64,000 nt of DNA from Podarcis melisellensis. Lineage: Eukaryota. Positions 1 to 11,948 of the stretch are shown here, one piece after another (positions within the stretch are counted from its first letter, which is position 1; the number at the start of each line of letters is the position of its first letter). The notes under the pieces are model-generated. The model was not told the DNA's origin. It saw only the letters and a program-made list of their open reading frames with translations, and made no database searches. The translations under genes were made by a program, and so were the position numbers. The stretch lies in the NCBI GenBank assembly GCA_964234715.1, contig OZ174283.1. One strand, given 5' to 3'.

Positions 1-149
1 AGATGATAAAAAATGACTGAATGGAATTACAATCAGCAACCTTATCAGCATCATTACCTATTTACTGTTCCCTCTTTTAACAACTTTTCATCTAACTTTT
101 TTTCTAATACTGTTTTTTTTACTCTTCCTTTCCTTGCCTTCCCACCAAG

Positions 150-170
150 AAATAAAGATTTTAGACATAG
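150..170 (+). CDS. TENM3: TENM3 21-nt alternatively spliced microexon (NHL beta-propeller insert, (R)NKDFRH(S))
   Basis: cccaccaag|A AAT AAA GAT TTT AGA CAT AG|gtaagc. It is phase 2/2, has a long pyrimidine tract, and joins in frame to the exon at 5480 (AG+C = Ser, then SNPAHRYY). It matches the known teneurin-3 RNKDFRH insert. Confidence 0.93.
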
Positions 171-789
171 GTAAGCATTTTAAGCATGTTCATACTTTTT
201 GTTCAAAGTGTTCTTTCCTTTAAAAAAGAATGAACAAATAAATTCAATAGATTGAAGTGCTGTAAAAATTGTTACGATCATAAGGAAGGAGTGCTCTATA
301 AAAGTGACTATTTTTGCCTTAAATCATAGAGAGGTGTAAGTTTGGAAGATTGCTCCTATTCAACATAACCCAAATTCTTTCCCCGTTCTAGTTAAAATAG
401 TTATATTTTATCATAAGGCATCCCAGGATAGGGTATAAATGTCTGAAATGATGAAATAAATAAAAACGTTGCTTGCTCCCCATCACTTTTTGTTTTCCGT
501 TTCCAGCCTGTCTGTAAGGTATTGCTCCTATTTTTCCTCCTTGCTGTGCTTCTGTAATCCATGCCTCACTCATTCACCATCATCCTAACCTTTTCATTGT
601 TCTCTCCTTGCCCTGAATGCCACAGACAGAACTTTCATTTTGTCCTTGTATCACCTGAAATGCTGTGTGCTTCAGTGGAGTCAATTCAAACATTCAGCTG
701 CTTTATAATAACCAGTGATACAGAAATCCAGTGATGGGCATGTTATGTGTGCAACATGCCTGCGCCACTTAGCAGTGGAGAACAAAATC

Positions 790-1155
790 AGCTATGTGGC
801 TCAATGGCAGAACAATCCCTGACATCTCCAGGTAGCGCTAAGGAAGACTTGTATCTCAGATTCCAGAGAGAGAGCCCCAGTCACTGCAGACAAATACATT
901 AGCCGAGGTCTAACTCAGTATAGATAAATAGGTACTGCTCCAGCGGGAAGGTAAACGGTGTTTCCGTGCGCTGCTCTGGTTCACCAGAAGCAGCTTAGTC
1001 ATGCTGGCCACATGACCCGGAAGCTGTACGCCAGCTCCCTTGGCCAATAAAGCGAGATGAGCGCCACAACCCCAGAGTCAGCCACGACTGGACCTAATGG
1101 TCAGGGGTCCCTTTACCTTTAACTCAGTATATGATATGGCAACATCCTATGTTCA
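790..1155 (+). mobile_element. Old tRNA-derived SINE (Squam3-like) interrupted by the Sauria SINE
   Basis: gctatgtggctcaatggcagaac ... ctccaggtagcgct ... gcagacaaatac ... ggtctaactcagtata[insert]...catcctatgttc. Similar copies at ~27080-27213 (+), ~36790-36962 (-) and ~56160-56290 (-). Confidence 0.55.
923..1119 (+). mobile_element. 5'-truncated Sauria SINE with 12-bp TSD
   Basis: Ends ...ggtcaggggtccctttacctt(t), the Sauria ACCTTT tail. The direct repeat taactcagtata lies at 911-922 and 1120-1131. Reverse-complement similar to 4641-4988. Confidence 0.9.
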
Positions 1156-2798
1156 TAAGAGCGAACTGTAGATGATTCACGCTGAATTATGGCTAGGCAT
1201 ATCTTTAAAGAGGAGGGTGATAAAACAGCACGGACAGCGCTTTGCTTTCTGTTCTGTGATCACAGTGACTGCCACTAGCTAGAATGAAGTGGCAGAGCTC
1301 AGTCTGAAATTATTTGCTAGACACATGCATTACATCACTGCTGTGTGCCACAGCTGCTAAATGTGTCATGCAAAATGCAGGGTGACATTAAGAAACCCTC
1401 CTTATTATCATGCATGCTTCATCTTTATTTTTGGTCTTTCTCCCCCTCTTACACAAATCCCCAGAGACCTACGTTTTATTTTATTACGTCTGGTTTCTGT
1501 TGAAATTCACTCGTGCTTCTAGTTATACTGCCTCGTGGGTTTTCTTCCTTAACTGTGAAAGGTTTTTTTATATTTCAGAATTAATGTTTCACATATGCTG
1601 CTTTTTGTAGTGTCGGCAAGTAGCATTTTCTCCATGACTAAATATAATATGCACCCTTATTTTAAATTATAAGCATAGCTGTCAGCTGTTCTCATATCAT
1701 TATGAAGGTTCATTGTTGCTTAAAAAAACAACAACCAGTGTCCTCTGTCCATTGAAACCAGCTGATGCTTTAACAGTCATTAGATAGAATACTTTGTAAA
1801 TTCACATTTTAATATTATACCAAATGCAAAATATGACATGCATTCAAAAGTTGTTACACATGGCTCCCTGCATTCTGTTGTTCATCTGTTGCTAAGCATA
1901 TTGGGGAATTAAGAACATATGTTAAGTAATACCCATTTTCTGTGATTTAACTATATTATACAGCACACGTACTCTCAAATACTACTTTTTATTTATTACT
2001 GGAATAGGGAAAGTGAATGTGTGATCCATATATCATTCTTCTGGAGTAATCCAGTTGTCTTTAGTGGGGAAACTCTTTAGCCTTTGGAGAACTACAGGCA
2101 AAAATAGTTGCATGTTCAGTGTTATATGAGTTGCACTTCCTGGATAGACTAGTGTGGTTCTGCTACAAAAGGACATTTCTAGAGGGAAGCAGGCAATTGT
2201 GTATTAATGTTGAGTTCAACTTCTTTGAGATTAGTGTACTACTACAGAGATTCCCTAGAGAAATACAAAGATGTATAAAGAGCTGCAGAGGCAACTGCAG
2301 TAGCAGAGACTGGATATTTTTCTGTCTATGAAGGATTTTTACTACACCAAGTATGCCTTGTAATGCCTACATAAAGGTAAAGATTTTGTTTCAATAGAAA
2401 GAAGGGAATATCCCATGTTAGTCAAAAACAGCCATTTTACAGCCAGCCAAGATTATTATTGTCGCTCTCTAGAGCGCAGAGTCTTTGAAGTCTCCTGAGT
2501 TGAGGTTATTTTCAGTGCCGTGGATTCTCATGGAGCATGCTAATGATTATTCTTCAGAGATTCATCTGCCTTGTGCGGGGCAGGCAATAGCACAGCTAGT
2601 GTCATTTTCAAAATTGTACTAAAATGATTTCTCTACTCATGTTAGAAATGTTGTACTTGTCAGGAGCCTCCACTAGAATTATCCACACATTTTCATTGAT
2701 TTAATAATCCTAATGGCAAAGAAATCAGATGACTTGTTCATTCAGCATTCATCCTCATATGCTGGCATAAAGCTTACACAGTGGTTAGACTATGTCCC

Positions 2799-2831
2799 GT
2801 GTGTGTGTGTGTGTGTGTGTGTGTTGTGTGT
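2799..2831. repeat. (GT)n microsatellite
   Basis: Direct observation. Confidence 0.95.
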
Positions 2832-4640
2832 TCACTTTCTCCTTTTATCAATGATGGAGTACATTGGTTAAAAATCCAACCAACCACAATTATGTGTTCT
2901 AAGCTTTAATTTTAAACTGTTCATCATTCTACAACCAAACTAATTGCCCTGAAACTTATCCAAAGTTGGATTTTATATAAAGATTTTTTTATGCTGATAA
3001 TTAAAGCACTATCCATACACCTGGTGCTTTTCAAAAAAAGAATTGTATATAACAAATAAGCACATTAATGAACAAAAAGATTAAAGGTACATATATAAAA
3101 AGGCACATATATCTTTTAAATCTATTATTACCATCATAGTTTAGGTTCAGGGTTGCACAGAAACCTTTTTTAAGTTACGTGGCTAGTTCTCAGAAATAGA
3201 GAAAAGCTAAATCTAGTTAATAGAGCACTCAGAAGTTTAAAAAAGGCAAATAAAAACCCTTTTTCTGCTCAATTGACTACATCCTAGTTGTGAAGCCCTC
3301 CAGCACCCCCTAGACTCTGTATCCAGTGCAGTGGAACCAGTTGCACTGCCCTAAATTTGCCTCTGCTTTGGACCAGGTTACCTGACAATCAACTCCACCA
3401 CTTGCTTGGGTCCTAAAGTCATCTACACAGAGGAGCTTCTTAAAGTGCCCATGCCAAACATGATGAGGTAGAGATAGGACTTTTTTGTGGTGGCTCCCCA
3501 GTAATTGAATAACCTACCTAAAGGGGCTCACCAGTTTAGTGCCAGGTGTAGACCTTTATGTTTTCCTGGGCATTTCAGTCTTTCAAAACGTTTAGTGGTT
3601 TTAGCTCTTTCACAGTATTGTTATACCATGTTGCTTATTTTATTTTGTGCCTATTCTGCTGCTGTTTTATTTTGTTTTGGATGTTACATTGCTTTAGTTG
3701 TATACTTCAGAAATGTCTGTGCTCCAAGATGTAATTTGTTCACAACTTGTTTATGTTGGCCTCGGTTGCCTTTTGCAAACAGAAGTACATTAGCACTGTG
3801 TTATATTTATGAAATACGAGGCACTATGTTTTGTGAACAGATGCTCAGATATCACCAAGATTGGTAGATACATTTTAGCACTGCATTTGCAAACACATTA
3901 GAGTTGCAACTGACTGCCGTGGCGCTTGGGCTCTGTGTGTTAGCAGGCACTAGCACCGCCATCTATATATTCATTTCAGTTCTGAGCACAATAACTCAGA
4001 TCCTCTGTCATAGATGCAACTAATTAAGCTTCTGGATTGTATCTTTGAGCAACAAATGTATTCTCTAGAGCTACTCATTCCATAGGAGAGAAATGTTTCA
4101 GTTGTATAAGGTTTATGGTGTCATGTGCTCTGTGTTTTTTGAAAAGTGGCTTTATTTCATAGACGGATGGTCCAGCATATTCGGTAGTTTTATGTGAAAG
4201 TTTGCAATGATTTAAGATGACTTAAGACAAGAAACTGAACTACTTCTAAAATATGCCATCTGACCTATTAAATCACATCCAGTAATCACATGCCTTCCAA
4301 TCAGTAGCATGAACAGTCTCTTCTGTTTATGAATATTATGCATCATGTACTCAAGTGGCCTAGATTACTTGAAATAATACAGTTAGTGACATAGGTGCAA
4401 TTTGAAAAACATAGGCTGTAGAGTGATCTAATCCAGTGCTGTTGGTTTGAAATGACGTTTGCACATTTATATAATTAAAAGGAACCAAAACGGTGTTTAT
4501 TCCATTACCTTTCCGCAAGGTGGAAGAATCCATACATCAACACTCCTCCCGTCTTTTAAAAATGTGTATTTATTTGACTGTTTCTCAATTGCAAAGCAAC
4601 AATACACTAACCAACTTTTAACTAACCAACATTACACTTA

Positions 4641-4988
4641 GGTAAAGGGACCCCTGACCATTAGGTCCAGTAGTGGCCGACTCTGGGGTTGCGGCACTCA
4701 TCTCACTTTATTGGCCAAGGGAGCCGGCGTACAGCTTCTGCATCCTATGGCCAGCATGACTAAGCTGCTTCTGGCAAACCAGAGCAGCACACAGAAACGC
4801 CGTTTACCTTCCCACCGGAGCGGTACCTATTTATCTACTTGCACTTTGACGTGCTTTCGAACTGCTAGGTGGGCAGGAGCAGGGACTGAGCAACGGGAGC
4901 TCACCCTGTTGCGGGGATTCAAACTGCCGACCTTCTGATCGGCAAGTCCTAGGCTCTGTGGTTTAACCCATAGCACCACCCGCGTCCC
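4641..4988 (-). mobile_element. Full-length Sauria SINE (lacertid-type)
   Basis: Minus strand begins GGGACGCGGGTGGTGCTATGGGTTAAACCACAGAGCC with a B-box-like GGCAGTTTGAATCCC and ends ...GGGTCCCTTTACC. Imperfect TSD cattacactta / cattaaacactta. Confidence 0.92.
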
Positions 4989-5479
4989 TTCATTAAACAC
5001 TTACTTCAAACAAAACCACTAATTTTCGCTTACACATTCTCTTTTCAGAGTCAACAGAGTTCACACATAACATACAATGTGTTTAAAACAACAGCAGCAC
5101 AGCAGCACTTTCTGTTCCCCCTCCCACCCTTGAAAATACTTTGCAGAAAGTAAGAAGCAAGCATACCATGTTTTCATTGGGCCTTTTTGATACCATTATG
5201 ACTAGGGGTGAAGTGAGATTGACACTGCAGTGCAATAAAAATGGTTTGAACACAGATTTGCTGCATTCAGAGCTGTTGGTCCCCAAGACTAAGAATGTGT
5301 GTTAAGATCACTTCCACCACACTCGGCTATGGCTGCCTTCTTCACTCTAACTTTTGAATGGCAACAGGGGTTGCTTGCTTCAATTATTTGCTTTCTGAGT
5401 CCAATTGATAGACTGTCTTTTGAAATGTAAAAGTGAATATTGCTTACTGTGCTAAAACCTGTTGTTTCCCTTTCTGCAG

Positions 5480-5712
5480 CAGTAACCCGGCTCATAGATA
5501 CTACCTTGCAACTGACCCAGTCACAGGAGAATTGTATGTTTCTGACACCAACACACGAAGGATTTACCGTCCAAAGTCACTCACTGGGGCAAAGGACTTG
5601 ACAAAAAATGCTGAAGTGGTAGCAGGAACTGGGGAGCAGTGCCTTCCATTTGACGAAGCCAGATGTGGTGATGGTGGCAAGGCTGTAGAAGCGACACTCA
5701 TGAGCCCCAAAG
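5480..5712 (+). CDS. TENM3: TENM3 coding exon (NHL beta-propeller; [13 protein letters not shown]...ATLMSPK-G)
   Basis: Acceptor tttctgcag at 5478-5479 and donor gtggag at 5713. Translation is near-identical to vertebrate teneurin-3. Phase 2/1. Confidence 0.95.
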
Positions 5713-6302
5713 GTGGAGGAAACTGTCAATTTATGAAGAGCAAAACACAGTTCAGTCAGCACACACAAGAGCATTTCATGCTATCTAGTTATTTATTCAG
5801 TCCTGTGTTTCCAAAAGCTTGTTTTCAGTTTGTGAATGGCAAAGCTATCCAAAAGTATAACTGCAGAAAGTGAGATTTGTAGTTAGTCATTTATTATAAT
5901 TCATTATAAATATTTTTTCACTTTCCAGTTATGCCACAAAGACTTTATACTGAGCAAATTGCAAAGGGTCCAGTCCAGAAGCAATATTTAAATGAGTCCA
6001 TTAGGAGCAGTGCTTGTTGGATTTCACCCCCCACAAGCAGAATGTTTTCCTTTCATACATGCTGTTCTAATGTACTAGCTATGTTTAATAAAGTACCATA
6101 CATTAATATCTAAATTTTAACCAGTTAAACCTCATGAGGCTGCATGTAATGTTTAAAACCTGTCATTTTTGTTAATATTTTCAGACAAATTTTCTGGCTT
6201 TGTGGGAAAGGATGAACAAACAGAGCAGGAAAACAGGTTTAATAGTTTTGATCAAAAACAAGTAACAAGCTCTTGCTCTTGTGTTTTGTTTCTTTACCCA
6301 AG

Positions 6303-6457
6303 GAGTGGCAGTAGACAAAAATGGATTAATCTACTTTGTTGATGGGACTATGATCAGGAAAGTGGACCAGAATGGAATCATATCAACATTACTTGGCTCA
6401 AATGATCTGACTTCAGCTAGACCTTTAACATGTGATACCAGCATGCACATCAGTCAG
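6303..6457 (+). CDS. TENM3: TENM3 coding exon (NHL; [15 protein letters not shown]...DTSMHISQ)
   Basis: tttacccaag|GA GTG GCA and CAG|gtattt. 155 nt, phase 1/0, consistent with neighbouring exons. Confidence 0.95.
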
Positions 6458-6490
6458 GTATTTAAAAAAACAGATCTATTAGTTGTTTTA

Positions 6491-6858
6491 GGGGGACCAT
6501 GATAGAAGTTTATAAAATCATGCATGGCATAGAGAAAGTAGATAGAGGAAAGTTGTTCTCCCTCTCTCATAATACTAGAACTCACAGATATCCAGTGATG
6601 CTGAATGTTGGGAGATACGAGACAGATAAAAAGAAAGTAATTCTAAACGCAGCACATAGGTAAATTATGAAACTTCCTCCCACAGGAGGCGGTGACTGCA
6701 ACCAACCGAGATTGCCTTAACAGAGGACTAAAATTCATGGAGGAGAGGGCTATTGATAGCTATTTGTTAGCCATGATAGCTATGTTCTGCTTCCACGGTT
6801 GGAGGCAGCAATACTTCTTAATACCATTTGCTGAACACAGGAGGGGAGAATGCTTGAA
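6491..6858 (+). mobile_element. CR1 LINE 3' fragment
   Basis: Decayed ORF2 end (G[29 protein letters not shown]) followed by the typical ...ttcatggaggagagggctattgatagct... 3' sequence. Starts only ~33 nt after a TENM3 donor. Confidence 0.8.
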
Positions 6859-8419
6859 ATCAGTACCATTGCAGACCCAGGGGCAGTGGAGCCAAGGCTG
6901 AGGGTATACACACAATAAAAACACAAGGCAGCAGTATTGGGATTTAATCAGGCCACAACTTCTATTGATAGCAGATGTCAGCAGCTTCTGGAGTAGGCAT
7001 TGGGTATGTATCCTGAAAACAACCAGTGTTACTGCTGTTTGATCAAGGTTAAGGGTCACCTTGCAATGTGCATCATATAGGAGACCCCCATGATCACTGG
7101 TGAGGGAACACTATGGCCCATCAGCCCCCAAGATGGAAGTCTGGATGTGTAGCACCCCAGGCTCCTTTAAGGAGATACTCCATGACAGCAGAGCAAGGAG
7201 GGCCATCCCCTGGCCTCCCAGACGGATCAAACCCAATGCATTGTCCACCAGGAAGTTATGTTAGTTGCTCTGATGCAGGCAAATCCCTGCAGACAGGCCT
7301 AATTAGTCTGCAGGGAGAATTCCTTGCTGGCCCCAGATATGGTGACCCATGTACTTCCATAGCAAGGTCCAGCAAGGCCATGCTTACTTTCCCTCAGGCA
7401 GCCCATTAAGCCACATTAACAAGGAACAGAGGGTGGAGAATCCAATGTTGACTGAGGCCTGAGCTCTGGCACAGCTGGTTTTTATGACCAGAAAGCTGAC
7501 CAGGAGGAAGTACTCCCTCTGGTCCACTTGCTTGCAATTGGCTGCTGAACCTTGCGAGCGTGTCCTAGCAGTCACTGTGGCGAGAGGAGACAGAAGCTTC
7601 CCCTCCTGCCATGCTGAAGCTGAGGGGAGGAAGTCACACCCTGCCATGACCGCACCAGGCCACCATGGTCACTCTCCTCAGTGCTGAGGGGGAACTGGGA
7701 CTTAATTCTGAGTAAACATTTATAGAAAGGGTCCTTTCAAACAGTTACGATATCATAAATGGCTTGTTTGTTTATGTATTTATGTATTTTTCAGATTTTT
7801 CCTGGGAAAGTGTAATTCTGGAGTAGATGGCAATTTGATGATATGTATTGTATATATTGTAGCTCCAATCCTAGAATAAGCAGGTGTCTAGAAGCATCCT
7901 GAACTGTTTTTTATACTATATCTTCGCGATAAGGAGCTTATTCTAAGAACATAAGTATCAGTATTATACACCTAAAAATGTATCTTTATGTCTACCTTTA
8001 CAATAAATTTTAGGGACAGTAGGGAAGACCATAATTATTTACAAGAGGTACAGTCATAAAATACAAGTGGAGCAGAAATATATTAGAAAAGTATTGGCAT
8101 TCTGATGTTTCTAATACCAACTTCTACTAATGCCTCTAGTCTGCAGTTTTGAACTCTGTGATATATTTTTTCAACACCAGATAACTTTTTCTATTGATTT
8201 CTATGGTTTCCCCCCAGCACTAAAGAGACTTGCTATTCTGATAGAAAAATAATAGCAAACATTAATCTGTGTCATATTGGAAAAGATCTTACCTTTATTT
8301 AGCATTGACATATTTTATATTTAGAAATATATGATTTCTAAGTGCCAGATTCACCCAGAATTATAGTCATGACTCAGTCCCATTAAAACCAATGGAACAA
8401 CTTAGCACAATTAACTTGT

Positions 8420-8504
8420 GCTGCAATCCCAACACCGCCTACCTGGGAGTAAGCCCCACTGAATTCAGTGAGGCTTACTTCTGAGTAGACATGGTTAGGA
8501 TTCC
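8420..8504. mobile_element. Short palindromic MITE-like element (GCAATCC...GGATT termini)
   Basis: gctgcaatcc...gagtaagccccactgaattcagtgaggcttacttc...aggattc is self-complementary. Relatives at 40366-40449 and ~48019-48100. Confidence 0.6.
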
Positions 8505-8600
8505 ACCTTTAGTCATGACTAACATTAACTGAATCAGGACTGTTACAAACACGTGCTCTTGGACTAAATGAAATGTAAATAAAAATAATGTTTTGAGCAT

Positions 8601-8601
<1 letters not shown>

Positions 8602-8653
<52 letters not shown>

Positions 8654-8712
8654 TTATTATTTATACCCCGCCCATCTGGCTGGGCCTCCCCAGCCACTCT
8701 GGGCGGCTTCCA
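8602..8712 (-). mobile_element. L2-like LINE 3' tail with (TAA)n microsatellite (8602-8652)
   Basis: Minus strand reads ggaagccgcccagagtggctggggaggcccagccagatgggcggggtataaataataaatt(att)n. Confidence 0.75.
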
Positions 8713-8944
8713 TAGTGTTTCCAGCACTCCAGTTTCCCTGGTTCCATTCCCCCCTGCCCTTTATATTCACCCTAGGGGCAATAATTTAAACTACTGCATT
8801 TCCTTTTATATATGTAATTCTATGTAACTTCAGAAAAACAGAGAACTGTTTCAAAAGTGGTATCTCTAGCACTTGTTCAGTTAGAAAACTGTGATTGCTA
8901 AAGATAATAATTGGCTAATAAAACACTTTTCCTTTTTTTAAAAG

Positions 8945-9819
8945 GTGCGTCTGGAGTGGCCAACAGATTTGGCTATCAACCCAATGGATAACTCCATATA
9001 TGTGTTAGATAACAACGTAGTTCTTCAGATTACTGAAAATCGGCAAGTCCGTATTGCTGCTGGGAGGCCAATGCATTGCCAAGTTCCTGGAGTGGAGTAC
9101 ACAGTGGGGAAACATGCTGTACAGACTACTTTAGAATCAGCCACAGCGATTGCTGTATCTTACAGTGGAGTGCTTTACATTACAGAAACTGATGAAAAAA
9201 AGATTAACAGAATAAGACAAGTCACAACTGATGGAGAGATCTCATTAGTTGCTGGAATACCCTCTGAGTGTGATTGCAAAAATGATGTTAACTGTGACTG
9301 CTACCAAAATGGTGATGGTTATGCTAAAGATGCCAAACTTAATGCCCCATCTTCTTTAGCTGCCTCACCTGATGGAACGTTGTACATTGCTGATCTTGGA
9401 AATATTCGGATACGAGCTGTGTCAAAGAACAAACCGTTGCTGACTTCAATGAATTTTTATGAAGTTGCCTCTCCAACCGATCAGGAACTCTACATCTTTG
9501 ATGTCAACGGCACCCATCAGTACACAATGAGTTTAGTCACAGGAGACTATCTGTACAATTTTAGCTACAGTAACGACAATGACATCACAGCTGTAACTGA
9601 CAGCAATGGAAATACGCTTCGTATAAGGCGAGATCCCAACCGGATGCCAGTGAGGGTGGTATCTCCTGACAACCAAGTTATCTGGCTAACTATAGGAACC
9701 AATGGATGTCTAAAAAGCATGACAGCCCAAGGGCAGGAGCTAGTCTTGTTTACCTATCATGGCAACAGTGGACTCCTAGCAACGAAAAGTGATGAGACTG
9801 GATGGACAACTTTTTTTGA
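8945..9819 (+). CDS. TENM3: TENM3 coding exon (NHL end to YD-shell start; [10 protein letters not shown]...GWTTFF-D)
   Basis: ttttaaaag|GTG CGT and TTT GA|gtaagt. 875 nt, phase 0/2. ORF 8945-9823 is teneurin-3-like throughout. Confidence 0.97.
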
Positions 9820-11948
9820 GTAAGTAACACAAAATCATATACTGTTTTTAGGAGGCATGCTTGGCTTCGTAGTATCACGAGGGGAAGAGAGGGAGGATCA
9901 TTTTGTCTGACAATTAGAAGAGTGCAATGTTGAATTAGCTATGGGGTCCTCTGCCTTGTCTTGGCATTCCCCCTTTGTCATATCTGCATTATTTATTTTT
10001 CCAACTCTGTGCTACAAAGCTTGTTTGTAGCTCTTTTTCTTCTTGCCAGCTTGTTGACATTACATCAGGGTCATTAACATGGCACCCAAGGGTGCACCTG
10101 CAGAAGCCTTTGCCCACTAGGTCCCTTTCCCACCGAAGGGACCCCAACCGGATGGGGCCTAGCAAAAAAACATTCCACTGTAGCCAATAGAGTAGGTTGC
10201 AGTGTGTGTAGCGCCCACATCAGTTTCTTCAGTTTGCAAATGTACCCATAGATTCAAAAGATTTTCTGACCCCTGAACTCTTTAGTAGTGTTCATTGTGA
10301 TCACTTCTGGCCACTCTCTATCTCATTAGAGGTGCAAGAATAGCAGAAGCTGTTTAATGGAAGTGAAGAGGAGCTGAACCGAAAATACTGAATTCAAATA
10401 AAAGTAGCACCAAGTTGCACCAAACTGCTGGCATACAAAATGCATTTTTATAATGATTTACAAATGAAAGGATTATGATGGTGGGTTTAGTCCCAATGCA
10501 TTAGTGCACACCTGATGTATTTTACTGCATGTTGTACATCATTGCATATCTTTCTCTTTTTCTGGCCCTGCCAAAAGCACGTAGAAACATAATGATGAGA
10601 GATTATTCAGCCTGGGGCAATAAATGTACTTCTTATTCTTCAAGAGTTATAAATGTTTTTTTCTGTTGCTGAACGGTGAAATCCCAAGTTAATAGCAAAT
10701 GGGAATCCTTCTCCAGTGGGAATAAATATATAGCCGTTGGATATGTTAAGGTTATAAAAGATTTCATCAATTTTGTTGGAAGCACCATATTTTTAAGTTT
10801 GTGTGTGCGTGTGTTTGTGTTTGAAAACAACAAACTATAGCCGTAATAATTAATGTGGGATTTGAAGTTCACCAAATCTGACATTCCTGCACAATGTTCA
10901 TTGATCTCAATGTTGTCAAGACTAATTGAAGAAAAGTGGCCACTCTGAGGGCACAGGGCTGTATAAATGTTATGGGTCCATTAGAATGACCAACAATGTT
11001 TAAAAAATAGCTCAAAACTAAGGATACTTTTTCATTAGCTTGTGGCTTTTCTGTTTAAATGATTTAAATCTGGTGTGCTTTGTTTATCGCATCCCAGTAA
11101 ATAAGGTTTAATTGTTTTTATGTACCCAATAACCCTGTCTTCCAGCTTGTGAGTTGGACCAGGTGGGGAATGAAAGAGGGGGAAATGCATTTCCAGAACA
11201 AATGTGTCTGCTGAGGACAGCTGGCATCTTTAGCACACTGGCATTCATTCTGCCTGGTAGAGACCCCAGCGTTTTATTTCTAGCAGTAATTTCTCCTCGT
11301 GTTTCTTGTAGTTATTGTGTGGCTGTTTTAATCCCATTAGGGAAATAGCTGAGGACTTCTGAATGTACTTTAATGGCTTCTATGTGGCCTTTTAAAAGAT
11401 TTTATTCAGTATCAAGTGGCTTATATGTCTGCCTTTTTTGAATCTTAGGGAGGATTTACAGCAGTGTGCTTCATGAACTGAATAATTACTTTCTGGTTGA
11501 AGAGCCATTTCAGTTGCCCAGCTTTGTTAAATATAGAACCTCTGGTCTGTGTGAGAGGGATGTTCAATTGCCTGCTGAAAGGCCCTGTTTGATGCCTTAG
11601 ACCAGCCTCATAACCAGGCTGGTTCATTTCAGCCCATTAGGGTGATACAAAAATGGTAGCTTGTTAACCAGCCTTCGGTCATGTCTGGCACTTAATACTG
11701 TAAGATGTGCTAGGGCACAAAAACTACACTTCGTTGCCCTGTAGTATGTTAAAAGAAATGTCCCTAATCTTGGTGCTCCTTCATACTGCTTGCACTCTGG
11801 TTCTTCTGCCTTGTGAAGGATATCAATATTTCAATTGCTGCTTTTCTCGTCAAGATACATAGAGTCACGGTCTTTGCCTTTCCTTGTATTTTGCTGAGAA
11901 AAGCATTTCCCAAGAACATCATGTTCCTTCTAGATGGGAGCTTAATAT

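Noticed and set aside
151-156. AATAAA inside the microexon
   Set aside because: Explained by the Asn-Lys codons, and it sits immediately upstream of a strong donor, so it is unlikely to act as a poly(A) signal.
7090-7690. GC-richer intronic block with several short ORFs
   Set aside because: Probably an old retroelement fragment, but I could not identify termini, a TSD or protein motifs.
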